A stretch of 64,000 nt of DNA from Camelus ferus (GCF_009834535.1 NC_045696.1:61258001-61322000), one strand, 5' to 3'; numbered from the stretch's first letter, positions 24,390 through 37,990 are shown. Made by a program: numbers and translations. The notes: generated by a model from the sequence alone, not told the origin.

Positions 24390-24451
24390 TTTATTGCTTG
24401 GCCCCGCCCTCTCCCGCCCCGTGGAGCTTGCGTCACTTCCTGCGTCACGTA
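24390..24451 (-). promoter_or_regulatory. TFRC: TFRC proximal promoter: HRE TACGTG (24451-24446), two CRE/AP-1-like TGACGCA (24447-24441, 24435-24429), ETS GGAAGT (24440-24435), GC boxes (24420-24413, 24409-24400), AATAAA at TATA position (24395-24390)
   Basis: Minus strand reads TACGTGACGCAGGAAGTGACGCAAGCTCCACGGGGCGGGAGAGGGCGGGGCCAAGCAATAAAC; motif order matches the characterised human TFRC promoter; locally CpG-rich. Confidence 0.88.
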
Positions 24452-25302
24452 CACCTTAGGAGGCGTCTTTCCTTTCGGAGCTCCAGGTCTAACCTTGGCC
24501 GATCTTCAGGTCCTGCAGTGCAAGGTTAAATGATGTTGGCATTTACTCCTCGTGCTGGGTACTTACACTGAGATAATTCCTTGAAGTGTATTTTGTTGGT
24601 GGCGTATTAGGTAGTCGCTAAAGCCATGTTTAAATGTTTTGCAGCGTCAGAAATACTTAGGATAAGAAAAAGGGGAAAAGAATTAAAAGCAAAATGCACA
24701 TTTGTATTTAAGATGTGTGAAAGCTGCCCATGAATCACCAAGACTAGCACAGAGCTTTGCGGAGTGTTTTAATGCGTGAGGGGATGGAAGGAAAAATAGA
24801 AACAAGCGATTAGTTAGGGTGGTAGAATTGTAGAAAAGCTTTCATGTTCATTGTCATTATTATTATAGGACTGTACAATGCATAATAAATAAATAAAATG
24901 AGATTGTTATCACTTTCTAAACCTGCAAACGTTCTCACTCTCTCCCACTCTCTCCTTCGGTAACCTTTGAGCGAAGTTAGACAAGTTTACAAACAGCCAC
25001 AAAATGAAAATAGGACTGGGGCCATAAAAGGGTTACAGATAAAGCACTTTCCAGGTTAGAGCCTAGGGACGCACAACGGCCCTTTGAAATGCAAATCTGC
25101 TTTCCCGCCCTCAGCTTTCTGCCTTTCCCTTTAAGTGCCAAAATGAGGAAATACATGCGGTCTGCTCGCTGACCTTCGTTATGCTCCCCATTCCCTAAAA
25201 TCTCTCCCTAAGGAGAAATGTTTTAAAATCTTATAAGCAGGAATATCACCACACCTTAGTGGATCTACACAGGAAAAAGTTAAAGCACGGGAAGGGATGG
25301 AT

Positions 25303-25436
25303 AGGGATTCACTGTGTTGAGGCTACAGTGGAAAAGAATCTGAAAAAAGAATATATATACATATAGCTGAATCACTATGCTGTACACCAGAAACTAACAC
25401 AACATTGTAAATCAACTATACTTTGATTTAAAAAAA
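25303..25436 (+). mobile_element. Short L1 3' end
   Basis: gaaaagaatctgaaaaaagaatatatata...ctgaatcactatgctgtacaccagaaactaacacaacattgtaaatcaactatact. Confidence 0.8.
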
Positions 25437-25633
25437 CCAACTATCCAGCATAACTGAAATTGATATTATTCAATTTCCAACCTTCCACAGACTTACATAA
25501 GACGTACCTTACAGTGGACTGAAAATTGTTGCAGTTCTTCCAAAAGTTACGCAGAAAATTTTTTAAAAATCATGCATGCTAGGATTTTGCATAAAGCAAA
25601 CTGGAGGTTGGAGGGGAATGTACAATGTGCTTA

Positions 25634-25660
25634 AATAATAATAATAATAATAACAACAAC

Positions 25661-25695
<35 letters not shown>

Positions 25696-25725
25696 ATACA
25701 TACATACATACATACATACATACAT
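25634..25725 (+). repeat. Compound microsatellite (AAT)6(AAC)3(AAT)11(ACAT)8
   Basis: Direct read of the sequence. Confidence 0.97.
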
Positions 25726-28700
25726 GCAGGCCCTGGAGATCTAGGGGAAGAGCACAAAGCCTGGAGTCAAGGAACTGGAATTCTCAAATTTTTTGAACCT
25801 GGATTGAACCAGCTCTTAAATGAGAATAAAAATACTTGCCTCACAGGTTTTTCTGTGGGTTTAAATGAGACAAGGCAGGTGCAATCTCCTAAAAACACAC
25901 AGTAAACTGGCACATGGTAGACTCTTGGTTGAGTCTGTTGAGGTGGAACAGAATAGAATCAGACAGGAAAGTAACATGGGAGATGTCTGAAGGCCAGATT
26001 TGAGCTGATGAGGAAGAAATAAAGCATTCAGCTATAGGAGACCAGCTTGCTGTGGTGTGTATTAAAAATCCTACTCTACATAAACACCTCAGGGGAATTA
26101 CATCTTCTGAGATGTTTACAAGAACCATCAGCTGCAAAATTGTCCCTCTCTCTCTCTTTTTCTTCACCTTGAGCTAAAAGCAGGAGTCTTCCTATTTCGT
26201 GAGGGAGGAATAGCAGGAAAAAGCAAACCAGGAAAGCCACTGAGGTAGTGAAAAGAGCCCCAGCCTAGAAGTCAGCAGCTGGTCCAGAGCTGTCACCCAC
26301 TTGTGCTGTAGAACCATGCACTTAATGGCTCTACACCTGTTTCCCCATTGACCACATGGAGATAATGTCCCTTTCTTTCCTTACCAGTAAATTAAAAAGT
26401 AGGAAAACTCCTTAAACTACATGGCTATAGAAATATAAGGTGCTGCTAGTTCCGAGCCCAAGCCAAGTGAGTAAATATGGCCTGATGGAGGAAGTCTGGA
26501 AACTGAATATTTCTAAGCAACTAGCAATGAGGTTATGGCTCCAGAAAAGGAAAGTTGTCTTCAATGGCTTTTGAGCCCTGATTCCAGTAAAAATGACTCA
26601 GTTATTGAACAATGGCTGAGAAAGAAAGGTAATTAATTACCATCATTATTAACATTTTTTTGGAGTAGTATTGTGTGTCAGGCAAAGACATGTAGAGATT
26701 TGAAAGGAAGCTTTATCCCTGAAAAGGCAAACCATGTAGCTGAGGAAACAATTTATACTTAAAGGACAAACAGCAAGGATGCAAGTGTGAAATGTAAACA
26801 AAAATAAAAGCAAGTCAGGGTCTGTGACAGCCACATGCCCAGATCTGAAAAAAAGGGGGGGTGGGGAGACTTTGATATGCTCACCAAGGCACCCTGTAGT
26901 TCTCTAAATCTTGTTCCAAGTTATAAGCCTATTTAGATTCTAGTTAATTTTTATGCTTATCTGTTTTTTAATGTACAATTTTATAATGTACAATTGAATG
27001 TAAACACACTCTCCTCTCTAACTCAGTCACAGGTCCAAGACGGAACTTTTGCTACTTGCCCCATAAGATCAAGATCAAAACATATACCTCTTACGGAGAT
27101 ACAGACCAGGAACCTCGGAGGAAAAACAAGGGGGATGGAGGACAGCATTGTAAACCCAAACCTTCAGTATGATGCAAATTGGGGATGGAAGGTTTTTAGT
27201 TTTTAGACAAAGGCATTTAGGACTTTTACCCCTTATATTTTAAAACATTAATCTGTTTATGGTATGTATATTTAATCACAATTTATAAGAATACATTAAT
27301 CTGTCAACTCAGTAATAGAGGATCCCAAAACGTTTGCTCTTTTTGGGATCCTCTCTGTGGCCCAGTGCTAAATGGGGTATCTTAGGTCAGCATTTCTCAA
27401 ACATTCGTGACTGCGCTCCACAGTAAACATTCACTTTACTGCACTACTCAGTGTATGTGAGTGTGCGTGCACGTGAGTATGTGTGTGTATTCATACAAAA
27501 CACACAAGTTTCATGAAATAGTACCATTGCTGTGTGCAAAGCAGTCTGGAATTTTCTATTTAATTTTTTTAAATGCTGATTTCAACCCATTAACTGATTT
27601 CTCAGTGGGCTATAACCTGTGTTTGAAAACCACAGTGCTAATCCATAACCCTTCTCAGAGCATAGATCTTTCTAGTGAACAGGACAAGCAACTTGCTCAA
27701 GTTAAATATCAACTCCCAAGGCTTATCCCTGTTACTTTGCCCACTGTTTCAACTTCCTATCACCCTGCACTTCAACAAATATTGATTGAGGTTTTATGAG
27801 TTGGGAGGCAGAGTTAGAACACGTAAAGTCTTTTCAAATGCTTTTAAATACGTTTTGGTCAATGATGGCAAAACTCTGCCCGGTCACACAGAAGTTCTTC
27901 CCAGCCACCACTCGAGAAGCACTCCAACCTACATTCAGCTCCTATTTGACAAACTGTATCCACTGTCTTTACTTTGGAATTTGAAGCCCCGGGCAATTAC
28001 GTTAGGACCAGAATCATAAAATAAAAATGTGGAGCTCTGCACATTGGAACGGGATGTGTTCCAGAGAATGAAGGTGAATGGTCAGCTCATATATTTGGGG
28101 TTGCTTTTTGAGGTTGGTACTATTTTCCATTTTATTTTGCATTTTTTCCTTTAAAATGTACTTGGAAACCTTCAGTTTCCTACCCTAATACTGCTGACTA
28201 AATTATTTTTTGTTTCCTCTGTGCTAAGAGGAAGCTCACAGAGGAAAACATGGAACAGGAGCAATCCAGATGACTAGGAATTTGCCTGTATGTTATAGCA
28301 AGTGGCAAAGGTTACTCAGGGCAGGGAAAGCAGAATATATAATTAATTTTTAAATTAATTACAAGAATATTTGTGCCAACATATATAGTGGTCAAAGTCG
28401 GAGTTTTGAGCAGGATATAAGGTCCTATTTAGCCCCATCTGGGCAAAATAGATCTAGTTTCATAACAGAACTTAAAGTTTGGAAGGAACTTTAACTCATG
28501 TATCAACCATGGCCTATAACAGATGTTCAATAAATATATATTGAACTCATTTAACAAAATTCCTCTACCCCATCAAGTGGTTGTCTAGCTTCTCCTCAGC
28601 CTTTCCAGTGAGATCAAATTTATTACTCCCCAAACCAGACTGTTAAAAAGTTTTTATCTATATTAAACTGAATTCTTTTTCTCTCTGCTTTCAATAATTT

Positions 28701-29249
28701 GGTTATTGTTTGAAAACTGCTCTTATGTCCACAGCTGTCTTCTCTCCTTAGGCTAAATACCCTAATCCCTTCTAAGGACCACCCCAGGACACAATTCCAT
28801 GTCTCCCCACCCACTAGTCACTTTTGGAAGTTTGACCAATCCAGATTGTCAAATAGAGGAACAGAGCAGGGCCACAATTCCTCTGTTCTAGAGGCTACTG
28901 TCTTTACAAATCCCATCTGTCTGCCGCCGCATTCATTACCTTAAAAGCCACTGCACATGGTCATCTCGTGCTGAGCGCTCAGTAGGGTTCAATGGAAACA
29001 GATTGGCCTTTGGAGCAGAGACCTGGGTTCACAATATAGTTTTGCCATGTACTAGCTAATTGTGTTACTATTTCATAGTCTTCTCTTTTCCATGGATAAT
29101 GTGATATCCACATATGGTTGCAGTCTAATAACACTGTACATAGACTACCTTCTCCAGTTTATCACCAGTCTAGTTAGGGAATGATGGGAAAGAACCTGGT
29201 CCATCTGGCTGAGAACATCCTTGATATTAGAGCTGAATGACAGACAACA

Positions 29250-29500
29250 GCTAAGATTTATTGAGCATCTATTGTTTGCTGGGAACAATTCTGATCCCTT
29301 TACAGTATTAGCTCATGCAATCTTCATAACAGCCCTTAAAAATAAGAATTAATATTATCTCCATTTTCCAGGTGTGGAAAGTGGATTTATACAGAAGGAA
29401 CTTACTGCAGGTCACATGACTAATTAGTGGTGACAACCAGAAGTTAAACATAGGCAATCTAGCTTCTTGAACCCAGTCCTAAACAACACCACTGCACTGC
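29250..29500 (-). mobile_element. MIR SINE
   Basis: atttattgagcat...atcttcataacagcc...ccattttcca...ggtcacatgactaattagtgg. Confidence 0.65.
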
Positions 29501-29580
29501 CTCATTATGAAACTAACCATGACACAGACTAACTGCATACATACAAGGCTCTACAGACTTCTCCCCAAGGCAGAATTTTT

Positions 29581-29670
29581 TCTGCCTTAACGGAAGCACT
29601 GGAGATTGAATCCAGGATCTTGTGCAACCCAAGTACGTGCTCTACCACTGAGTTATACCTCCTACCCCTG
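29581..29670 (-). mobile_element. tRNA-derived SINE (vic-1-like, short)
   Basis: Reverse-strand A/B boxes; perfect 17-bp TSD cccaaggcagaattttt at 29564-29580 and 29671-29687. Confidence 0.85.
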
Positions 29671-31959
29671 CCCAAGGCAGAATTTTTGTTAAAAAGGTTC
29701 AGGGACCATCCGAGTGGGACAATTTGAGAAGATTTGAATATTTATGGGATCCATTGATTTTTCATTTGAGATTTCATTTTATTTCAAAATTTGGATTCAT
29801 ATTCATGCTGGTGGAAAATCTCAAATAATTCTAAAAATAAGACTTCATAGGTGTAACTGATGCTACAGAAATCTAGGTACATGTTTGACAGCATTGCAGC
29901 GTATGCATATTGTCCCTACAAGACAGCTGATTTATTTAAATTCTCAGAATGTATACTTCCCTTTGATAAGCAGAGTTATTGAATTTAAAGAATTGTATTA
30001 ACTGTGTTTCCAAAATATCAATGGAATCAGTTTGGTTTTTCTTATTTTCATCTTCCTCATTTTGACATCTGCAGCCTGTAACTCTCACTTATAACTGAGT
30101 TTCCCTTCCTCTATGGTGCAAATCTGGCATCTTAAGCAATAATACTTCTGATAAACTGTGTGCCCTATGGCCCAACACAGCCTAAGTTGAGGTCTTTAAA
30201 AAAAAGTTTTAAAAAAGAGGTCTTGGAAAGGACAGTGTGAAGTTCTGGGTGGCCGCTGATGTAAAGGGGGAAAATGAACAAATGTGTAAAGAAAACACTT
30301 GCAAACAGATGATTAAATCTAAATCCTAAATCAGCAAATCCAGTGTTTGGAAAAATATCATGTCATCAGAAACTTTTTGGTTTCTTCAGCAAATAGACAA
30401 ATGTTACTTTGGTTTGGAAAAGAATCCTGCCAAAACTTTTATTTCTCATACATGCAAACAAGAGAGGTGGTAAGGCAGGCTTACTGACCCTGGCTGATCA
30501 ACAAGGGAAAGGAAGTGCCCAGCTGATGAAAAGACAGGACATTTCTCTCATCTCACAGCTGGCTCCTTAAAATCCAAGGATATACCCCATTATCTCTTCC
30601 TTTGTTCCTGCCGAAGTTTCTGCTAATTGCTTTTTGTTTCAGGGCTGAGCTCTGAGAAAGGACCCTGTTGCAGAAAATAATTATCACCACCGATGGCAGA
30701 GCCTTCTATCAAAAGACCCCTCAGCCCACGGGGGCCTGTCCCTACTGGCCATCGTGGCTGACAGCTCACCACTTGTAGTGCTTCCTTTCCCTGCTCGAGC
30801 ACCCTTCTTTCCTTCTCTCTGCTCAAGCACTTTCCTTCTGTTTCCCCTTCTGAGCAATAAAGGGGCTGTTCACTTCGTCCCACTGCCTCTGCTGTGTGAA
30901 TTCTTTCACAACCGGTGGCAAGGACCCACACTTTGGTGGGCTTCCTAATTTAGGGGTCTCTCTATCTGCTAACAGAAATGTGGTCAAGGAGGCAACTGTT
31001 TGGTGGTTACATCTGTGAGGCTGGCCTGGCTCCCCAGTTCATCTCACACAGTCTTTTACATGGGAGGGAAGCCATGTTCCCAGGTGTCAGTCTATTAATA
31101 TTCACTGAGCCCCTGCCCTGTTCGGGACACTGGGCTGAGTGCTTATACTGAGTCAATTGCATCCCAACAATTCTGTCAAGCAGGTACCGTACCCATTCTA
31201 TAGATGAATATGTGGGAGTGCAAAGAATACAAAATAACTGATCCCAAGTTGCATAGTTTTTAAGTGGCACAGCCTAGCTTTGAGACCTTCTATCTTAAAA
31301 CCAGCTTTCACTACATCTCAGGTGTTGAAACCTTGAAATACTATCCAGCAGGCAGATGGTTGAAGTAGGTAGTGACTTACTGCCAGGTTCCAGCCTGGAC
31401 CTTATAGCCATCTTAGGGAAGTTTGAATCCAGTTTGAATCTGATGCCTCAGGCACAAAATACAAGACCCCAAAATATACGGACCAGGTCACTAAGGGCAG
31501 TGGGCCAGGGATAACTATCTCCCAGAATGTTTCCTAGAAGTAACCTATGCTCAAGTGAAGTTTGGAATTTGCTTAACTGAAGACATAAAAATCCACAGCC
31601 CCCAGTGAGGTAATCAGAAAGCAGCTAACCTAAAATATAATCATGATAAACTGTCTCTAAACGTCATGAGATTACTGCCTCTGAGACTGGATTCAAACAG
31701 TGAAGCTTTTGAAGAGACCCGCTGACTCTGTAACAAAGTCCAAGCCAGGACTCAAAAATAGGCAAGGCAGCAGAGAGCTCCAGAGAGAGACTCCGGGGAA
31801 CAGGAGGCAGCCCCGTCCAGCCCGGTGCCCTCGCAGCTGAGGCGGGAGATCCAGGGTCCAGCCCTGAGGGACCCTGCCGACAGGAAGGGTTCCCTGCGGG
31901 TGTTGAGATGAATCAAGCTGAAGTGGATTTTGAGATCCACGTGGAGCCTGGACTCTAGC

Positions 31960-32112
31960 CCAGGGCTTCTTAAACTATAATGTGCATGGACGTCCTGAGG
32001 GGGTCTGTTAAAATGCAGATTGTGACACAGAAGGTCCATGTGGGGGCCCCTGACTCTGCGTCTCTAACAAGATCCCTGGCGGTGCCCAGGCAGCTGGTCC
32101 TCAGAACGCACC
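31960..32112. mobile_element. MER5A-like DNA transposon
   Basis: cagggcttcttaaact...tgttaaaatgcagatt...tctaacaag...ctggtcc. Confidence 0.7.
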
Positions 32113-34684
32113 TGAGTAGGTTTTAGAGGAAGAAGAAGTTTTTATTAGCAGTTTCTCCAGTACTCCCACAGAGAGGACACACTGTGTGGCCAGCTGGCAT
32201 GAGAGTGGTTTCTGCTTGGCAGCTATTTTTGTGTGGCTGTAGTAGCCTATTATTCTCCAAAGCTTTTCAGTGGACAAGGGCATTCACTGGGGAGCAGCTT
32301 GAGTAAAACAACCCTTGAGACCACTCAGCTCCTTTGCTGGGACTCTACAATTTCCAAACAACCCACTCATGCTAGGGGCCCTGGTCTGGGAAGACTAGCT
32401 GAATAGACAGTCCTAGCAGATTCTACTCTAGAACCTCTCCTGGGACAGGGCCAGGGCTGGAGCAAGGATTGGATTTTTCAAAAACAAACACTACCACCAA
32501 ATCCCCTCCATCTCCACCCCAAACAAACAACAAAAATGCTTACTGAGAAACTAAAGGGAAACAAATACTAAATCACTATTCTGGCTCTTCCCCCAACCCA
32601 CTCACACATTCATAGGTTATGAAACAAACAGATCACAGAGTATGTATTGACGGAATTTGGTTTTAGAGCCCAGTTAAAAGTCAGCTTGAGTGGGACACCA
32701 GCCTTGACCTGTTTCCTTTCCTTCGCCTCTCTCAGAGTTGGCAGAGGGGAGTGGCTTCTGGGCAAGGACACTCATACTCAGAGCTGGGAGGGTTGGTGCT
32801 GGCACAGTGTAGTTGGCACCGTCAGCTCCTGCTGGGGAATGTGCTCTCAAGGTTACCCTTTTTTCCCTCACCAGGTTGCCCTGACCTGAAATATCCCTAG
32901 CCACCCAGCCCCCACTCCCAGAGGATGAACCTCAAGGGAGCCTCTGATTCCTCCCCTGAGGCCCTGCCCCTCTGCACAGCACCTGCAGACACCACTGCAG
33001 CCTGTTTGGATATCTCTGTGGACGTCTGCATATCTGCCAGGCAGGCCAGCCCCTACCCTGACTCATTTCTCTCTGGCCACTTAGCAGCCACTAGGCTGGG
33101 TCAGGAATGGCCCTAAACCAGCATCCTGCCTGAGTGGCAGGGGGCACCTGTCCTGTGCTCGTCTGCATGGCATCAGCTCCCTCTGCCAGAGGCATTGCAT
33201 TACCTCATCCTGTTCCTAAGCCTAAGCCTGATTTGGGGCCATCAGTCAAGTCCCTTCTCCCTGTTTAAGGGGTACCTCTGATTTTCCACGTGTTCAGAGA
33301 ACAGAGAAACTTTTTTCCATTCTTCTCACATTATTCACAGTGGATTTGATTAACATTTTCCAGGGATCTACTGTATGTCAGGCACTGTGCTGAGCCCTGA
33401 TGATAAAGAGCTGCCTCTGAATTCTTCCCTTGGGTTCTCTCTAGTGACTTACCCATCTTCCAGAAGCCTATCATTCCACTTCTATAGTATCAAACGCCTT
33501 TGAAACATTAAGAGAAGTGTCCTTGTTTCATATTTAGATATCACTTAAAACAGACAAATGACCAGCACAGATGGCCCAAGAAGTGCTTCATTACTATCCA
33601 CTTCCAAGAATTTTTGTAAAAACAAGCTAGGCAACAGATGTACCTAATTATCAGTGTGAGTCGTCAGAAAGAAGGTGTGTGATGAGCAGAAGGTCAAGTA
33701 CCCACGTGTTCCCATCTGGACCTCTCCATGGGATTCCTCCTGCTCACTATACAAATACCACTTTGTGCCTCCTCTCTCTCCAAGTGCCAGGTCTTTGTCC
33801 TCTGGTGCCTGCTGGACACCTCCACCTGGATGACCTGCTCAAATTCAACCTGTCCCAATGAGAACCCAACACCCCCCTCCCCAAACCTGGTTCTCCTGCC
33901 TCCAGTCTTCCCTGTTCCATGACACAGTGCTTTATAGACTCAAGGTCCAGTGCTGACAGTCCTGGGGACTCTCCCCACAGCCATCTGTAGGTGCTCAACA
34001 CATGTTTATTGAATGGAGTTCCTTTGGCATCAGTTTGATGCCAAATGAAACCACCAATGCAAATGAAATACCAATGAAACCGCTCATTTATTGGATTACT
34101 TCCCCAAACTGGCTGCCCAGAGTTAAGAGATAATCACTAAGTGGGGTAATGGTTTCTCACTGCAGAGCACTGGGCTTAGCTCCAAGAGGAGGCAGAGACA
34201 CACTAACCAAATGGCATTTGTAAAAGTGCATCAGTGTTTACATAAGTGCATAGAAAATGGTTGAAAGGGAAACACACCACACTAACAGCAAATAATAAGG
34301 AAAGCTAAGGGTGGGGGATATACAGGAACGCTGGACTGCCTTCACAATGTTTCTGTCAGCCTAAAACTGTTCTAAAAGATAACTCAATTTAAAGAAAAAA
34401 AAAGTAGGAAAAAAATGAAAAAGTGAGTTGTTGAAAGTTCAAAAGTTGCATAATGTATGCAAAAGCTGAAACTCAAGGCAAGAAGTGCTTGCTGAGGAGT
34501 CTTGAGACAAGGGCATCTGGGAGTGCAGAGGAGGGGAGGCTGTGACCAGGGATCTCTGGGAGGCTCCTGGAAGGAACAGATCTGGGGAGCCCTGAAGGTA
34601 CCACCTCATCAGGCTGTGAGCATTTGATACCCCATTGCTGGAGTATGGAAGGTGTTCAAAGGAGGTCAAATGCAAAAAAAAGGC

Positions 34685-34900
34685 AGTTTTGAATCAAACA
34701 AGCCTTGGTTGGAATCTCAAGCTCTCTAAGTATCTTAGACATACTTATCTCTAAGTAGCTTAAGCTCTCTAAATCTCTATGATCTCATGTCTGTAAAATG
34801 GAAATAATGATGCTTACCTCATAGGTTTAAGTGAGATAATGCATGTAATGTTCTGAGCATGGTGTGGGCACCTTAGAAGAGCTCAAAACATGTTAGCTAT
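34685..34900 (+). mobile_element. MIR SINE
   Basis: ctgtaaaatggaaataatgatgcttacctcatagg...gagataatgcatgtaa core. Confidence 0.7.
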
Positions 34901-36884
34901 TTTAGATGCTACTATCAAAACCTCAGGTCAGAATGACTCCTAAACTAACTGCGTTCCCAGTTTCTTCTCCCCAAGTCTCTCAGTCTCTGCTTCCATTGGG
35001 GTCTGACTGCATTTGCCCTCCTATCCTGACTTTCTAGGCTGATTTCTTGCATCTTTCTCTCTATCTTCTCCACTGAGGCCCCTGGGGTTCTCTGCCATGG
35101 TGATCACCCACTTCTGCCACGGACCCCTTTCCTCTTCTGCAAATAGGCTCTTTTTTTTTCTTTTTCTTTTTTGTCTCTGCCCATCACTGATTGTGGCTTC
35201 CTGACTCCATTTCCCCACACTCGTCCTAATACCTGTCAGTCCCTCTGGATCTTGTTACAACCAGCACTCCCAATGCCATATTTATTTGCCCCAGCATAGC
35301 TGTATCTTAAGATTCATCTTTAATTGGAATTCAAAATTAATAAGAAAGGGACCATCTTATCCTGTGATACTTCAATCCAAATTAATACTTTTCCTACATA
35401 AAAGACAAAACCAAAAGGGATAGCTAAAGCATTTTCTGAGAAATATACCTGTAGTACCCTATGGCAAGATACCATCTGGTTTATTGGCAAGAGGTGCAAA
35501 ATATACATGGCCTGAGAGAAACCTCATATGAGAGGTTGAGATTATTAGTTTCGTGAGGAAAGAACACTTTCTGTCTCTGACAATAGTCCTTTAGTATTGG
35601 CAGAATGAGATGTCCTTGGACATCTGATGTTTATAAGGTGAGCCATTGACCAGGAAACATAAAATTAATCAAAGGGTCCATATCTCCCTCCTAGGCACAC
35701 CCTTACTTTCATGCGGTTTCTCATGGCCTTAGATCCATCAGAGCAGTTAAGAGTAAGATTAGCAGAGGGCCATAAATTTAGATCTTGGGTCATTTTAGCT
35801 GAAAAGTCCTCTATCGTAGTGTGTAAGAACTCTCATTCATTGCTGGTGGGGGTGCAAAATGGTAAGGCCACTCCAGAAGAGAGGCTGGCAGTTTCTTATA
35901 AAGTTAAACACAATTTTACAGAACAATCCAGCAGTCATACTCCTAGGCATTTACTCAACTGATTTGAAAACAGGTCCACACAAAAATCCTCACCTGACTG
36001 TTTCAAGCAGCATTATTTATAATCTCCAAAAACTGGGAGCAACCAATATAGACTTCAATAGGTGGTACAGCCATACAATGAAGTACTATTCAGCAATAAA
36101 AAGTTACAGGCTGCCAATTCATGCAACAAAATGGAAAATATTGCTAAGTGAAATGCATATTGCTAAGTGAAAGAAGTTGATCTTAAAAGGCTACATATGA
36201 TATGATTCCATTTATACAACTTTCTGGAAAAGGTAAAAATATAGAGACTGAAAATATGTCAGTAGTTGCCAGGAGCTTGGGGAGTGGGAAGGGCTGAATA
36301 AATGCACAATATTTTAGGGCAGTAAAACTATTCTGTATGATACATGGGACTATGCATTTGCTAAAACCCATAGAACTTTACAGCACAAAGACTCAACTTT
36401 AATATATGCTAATTAAAAAAATAAATTCGTAGGTCAGGGGGATCCCAGAGTAGAATACAGACTGTGATAAAAGAATCTAACTGTTACTAAAATGTATGAT
36501 ATAACCTCACTGATGTAAATAAGTGCTGATCTAAGTGACTTTGGAAATAAGTGGAGACTGTAAGAGTAAAGCCTAAAGGAACTGTACATGAGCACTATGC
36601 TCTAATTGACTGCTCCCCATGGGGGTATGGATTAACAATTCTGAAACCACTATGCATGTAAGCTGGGATTGAACAAATAAGTAAATGGATGGCAGATAGT
36701 GGGAGGCAGGTTTCTCACTCTTGGAGTGTGAAGCAAGATAAACAAGAGGGAATTCTAGAGTGAATCATGCGATACTAGGTAGTTGCAGATATCAGTATGA
36801 ATCTGTGTTTAGTTTAATATAGATACAGATGGATATATGTAATAACAATTATGGATGTGTGTATATACAGATTAGTATTTGCAT

Positions 36885-37990
36885 ATAAAAAAATAGAGAA
36901 AGTCCACAAAACCAAAGTTGGTCCTTTTGAAAAGATCAGCAAAATTGACACAACTTTAACTAAACTGACCAAATTTAAAAGAGAAAAAAAAATCACTCAA
37001 AATATGAAAATAGATATGAAAGAAAGGACATCATTCCCAAACCTATAGAAGTAAAAAAAAAAAAAAAATTATGAAGTAATACTGTGAACAACCGTATGCC
37101 AACAAATTAGATAACTTGAGGTGAAATTTATAAATTCCTAGAAACACAAACTATTAAAACTGCCTCAAGAAGAAACAGAAAATCTAGATTGACCTATATA
37201 GCAAGTAAAGAGATTGAATTAGTAATTTTAAAACTTCCCACAATTTAAAGCCCAAACCCAGATGGCTTTACATGTGAATTCTAACAAATAATTAAAGAGG
37301 AATGAATAACAACCCTTCACAAACTCTTTCAAAAAAATTAAAGTGGAGGAAACACTTTCCAACTCATTCTATGAGGATAGTATTATCCTGATTCCAAAAT
37401 CAAAGACTTTACAAGAAAAACAGAGCAATATCTCTTATGAATATAGATGGAAAAATCTTCAACAAAATAGTAGCAAACTGAAATCAATAGCATATAAAAG
37501 GGATTATACACCATGACTAAGCAGGATTTATCCCAGGAATGCAAGATTGGTTTAACATCTGAAAATCAATAGAATATCATATAGAATATCAATATCAATA
37601 TCAATATCAATAGAATAAAGAATCAAAACCATATGCTCATTTCAACAGATACAGAAAAAGCTTGACAAAATCCAACACCCTTTCATATAAAAACACTCAA
37701 CAAATAAAAAGGAACTACCTCAACCTGATAAAGAGCATTTGCAAAAATACCACAGCTAATGTCATACTTGGTGGTGAAACTGAATGGTTTTCCCCAGATC
37801 AGGAAAATGACAAAGATGTTCCTCTCTTGCCACTTCTATTCAATATTGTGCTGGAAGTTCTAACCAAAGCAATAACTCAAAGGGAAAAAGGTATCCAGAT
37901 GTAAAGGAAGAAGTGAGACTACCTCCATTTGCAGATAATATGATTTTCTCTATAGAAAATCTTAATAAGTCCACTAAAAAACTATCAGGA
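36885..37990 (+). mobile_element. Degenerate L1 ORF2 reverse-transcriptase fragment nested in the older L1
   Basis: Translatable remnants ...GFIPGMQ.WFNI, DTEKA*QNP (cf. AEKAFDKIQHP), LPLLFNIVLEVL, FADNM (cf. FADDM), with many stops. Confidence 0.85.

Noticed and set aside
25563..25757. Poly-Tyr ORF
   Set aside because: Translation of the microsatellite.
33135..33150. CTCF-like GGCAGGGGGCAC (and GCCAGGGGGCAA near 52885)
   Set aside because: Only half-site matches with no supporting CpG cluster; not distinguishable from chance.
36138..36172. Short direct duplications (atattgctaagtgaaa x2; also 21606-21624, 37569-37616, 5452-5492)
   Set aside because: Ordinary slippage events, mostly inside old repeats; no spacer structure, not CRISPR-like.
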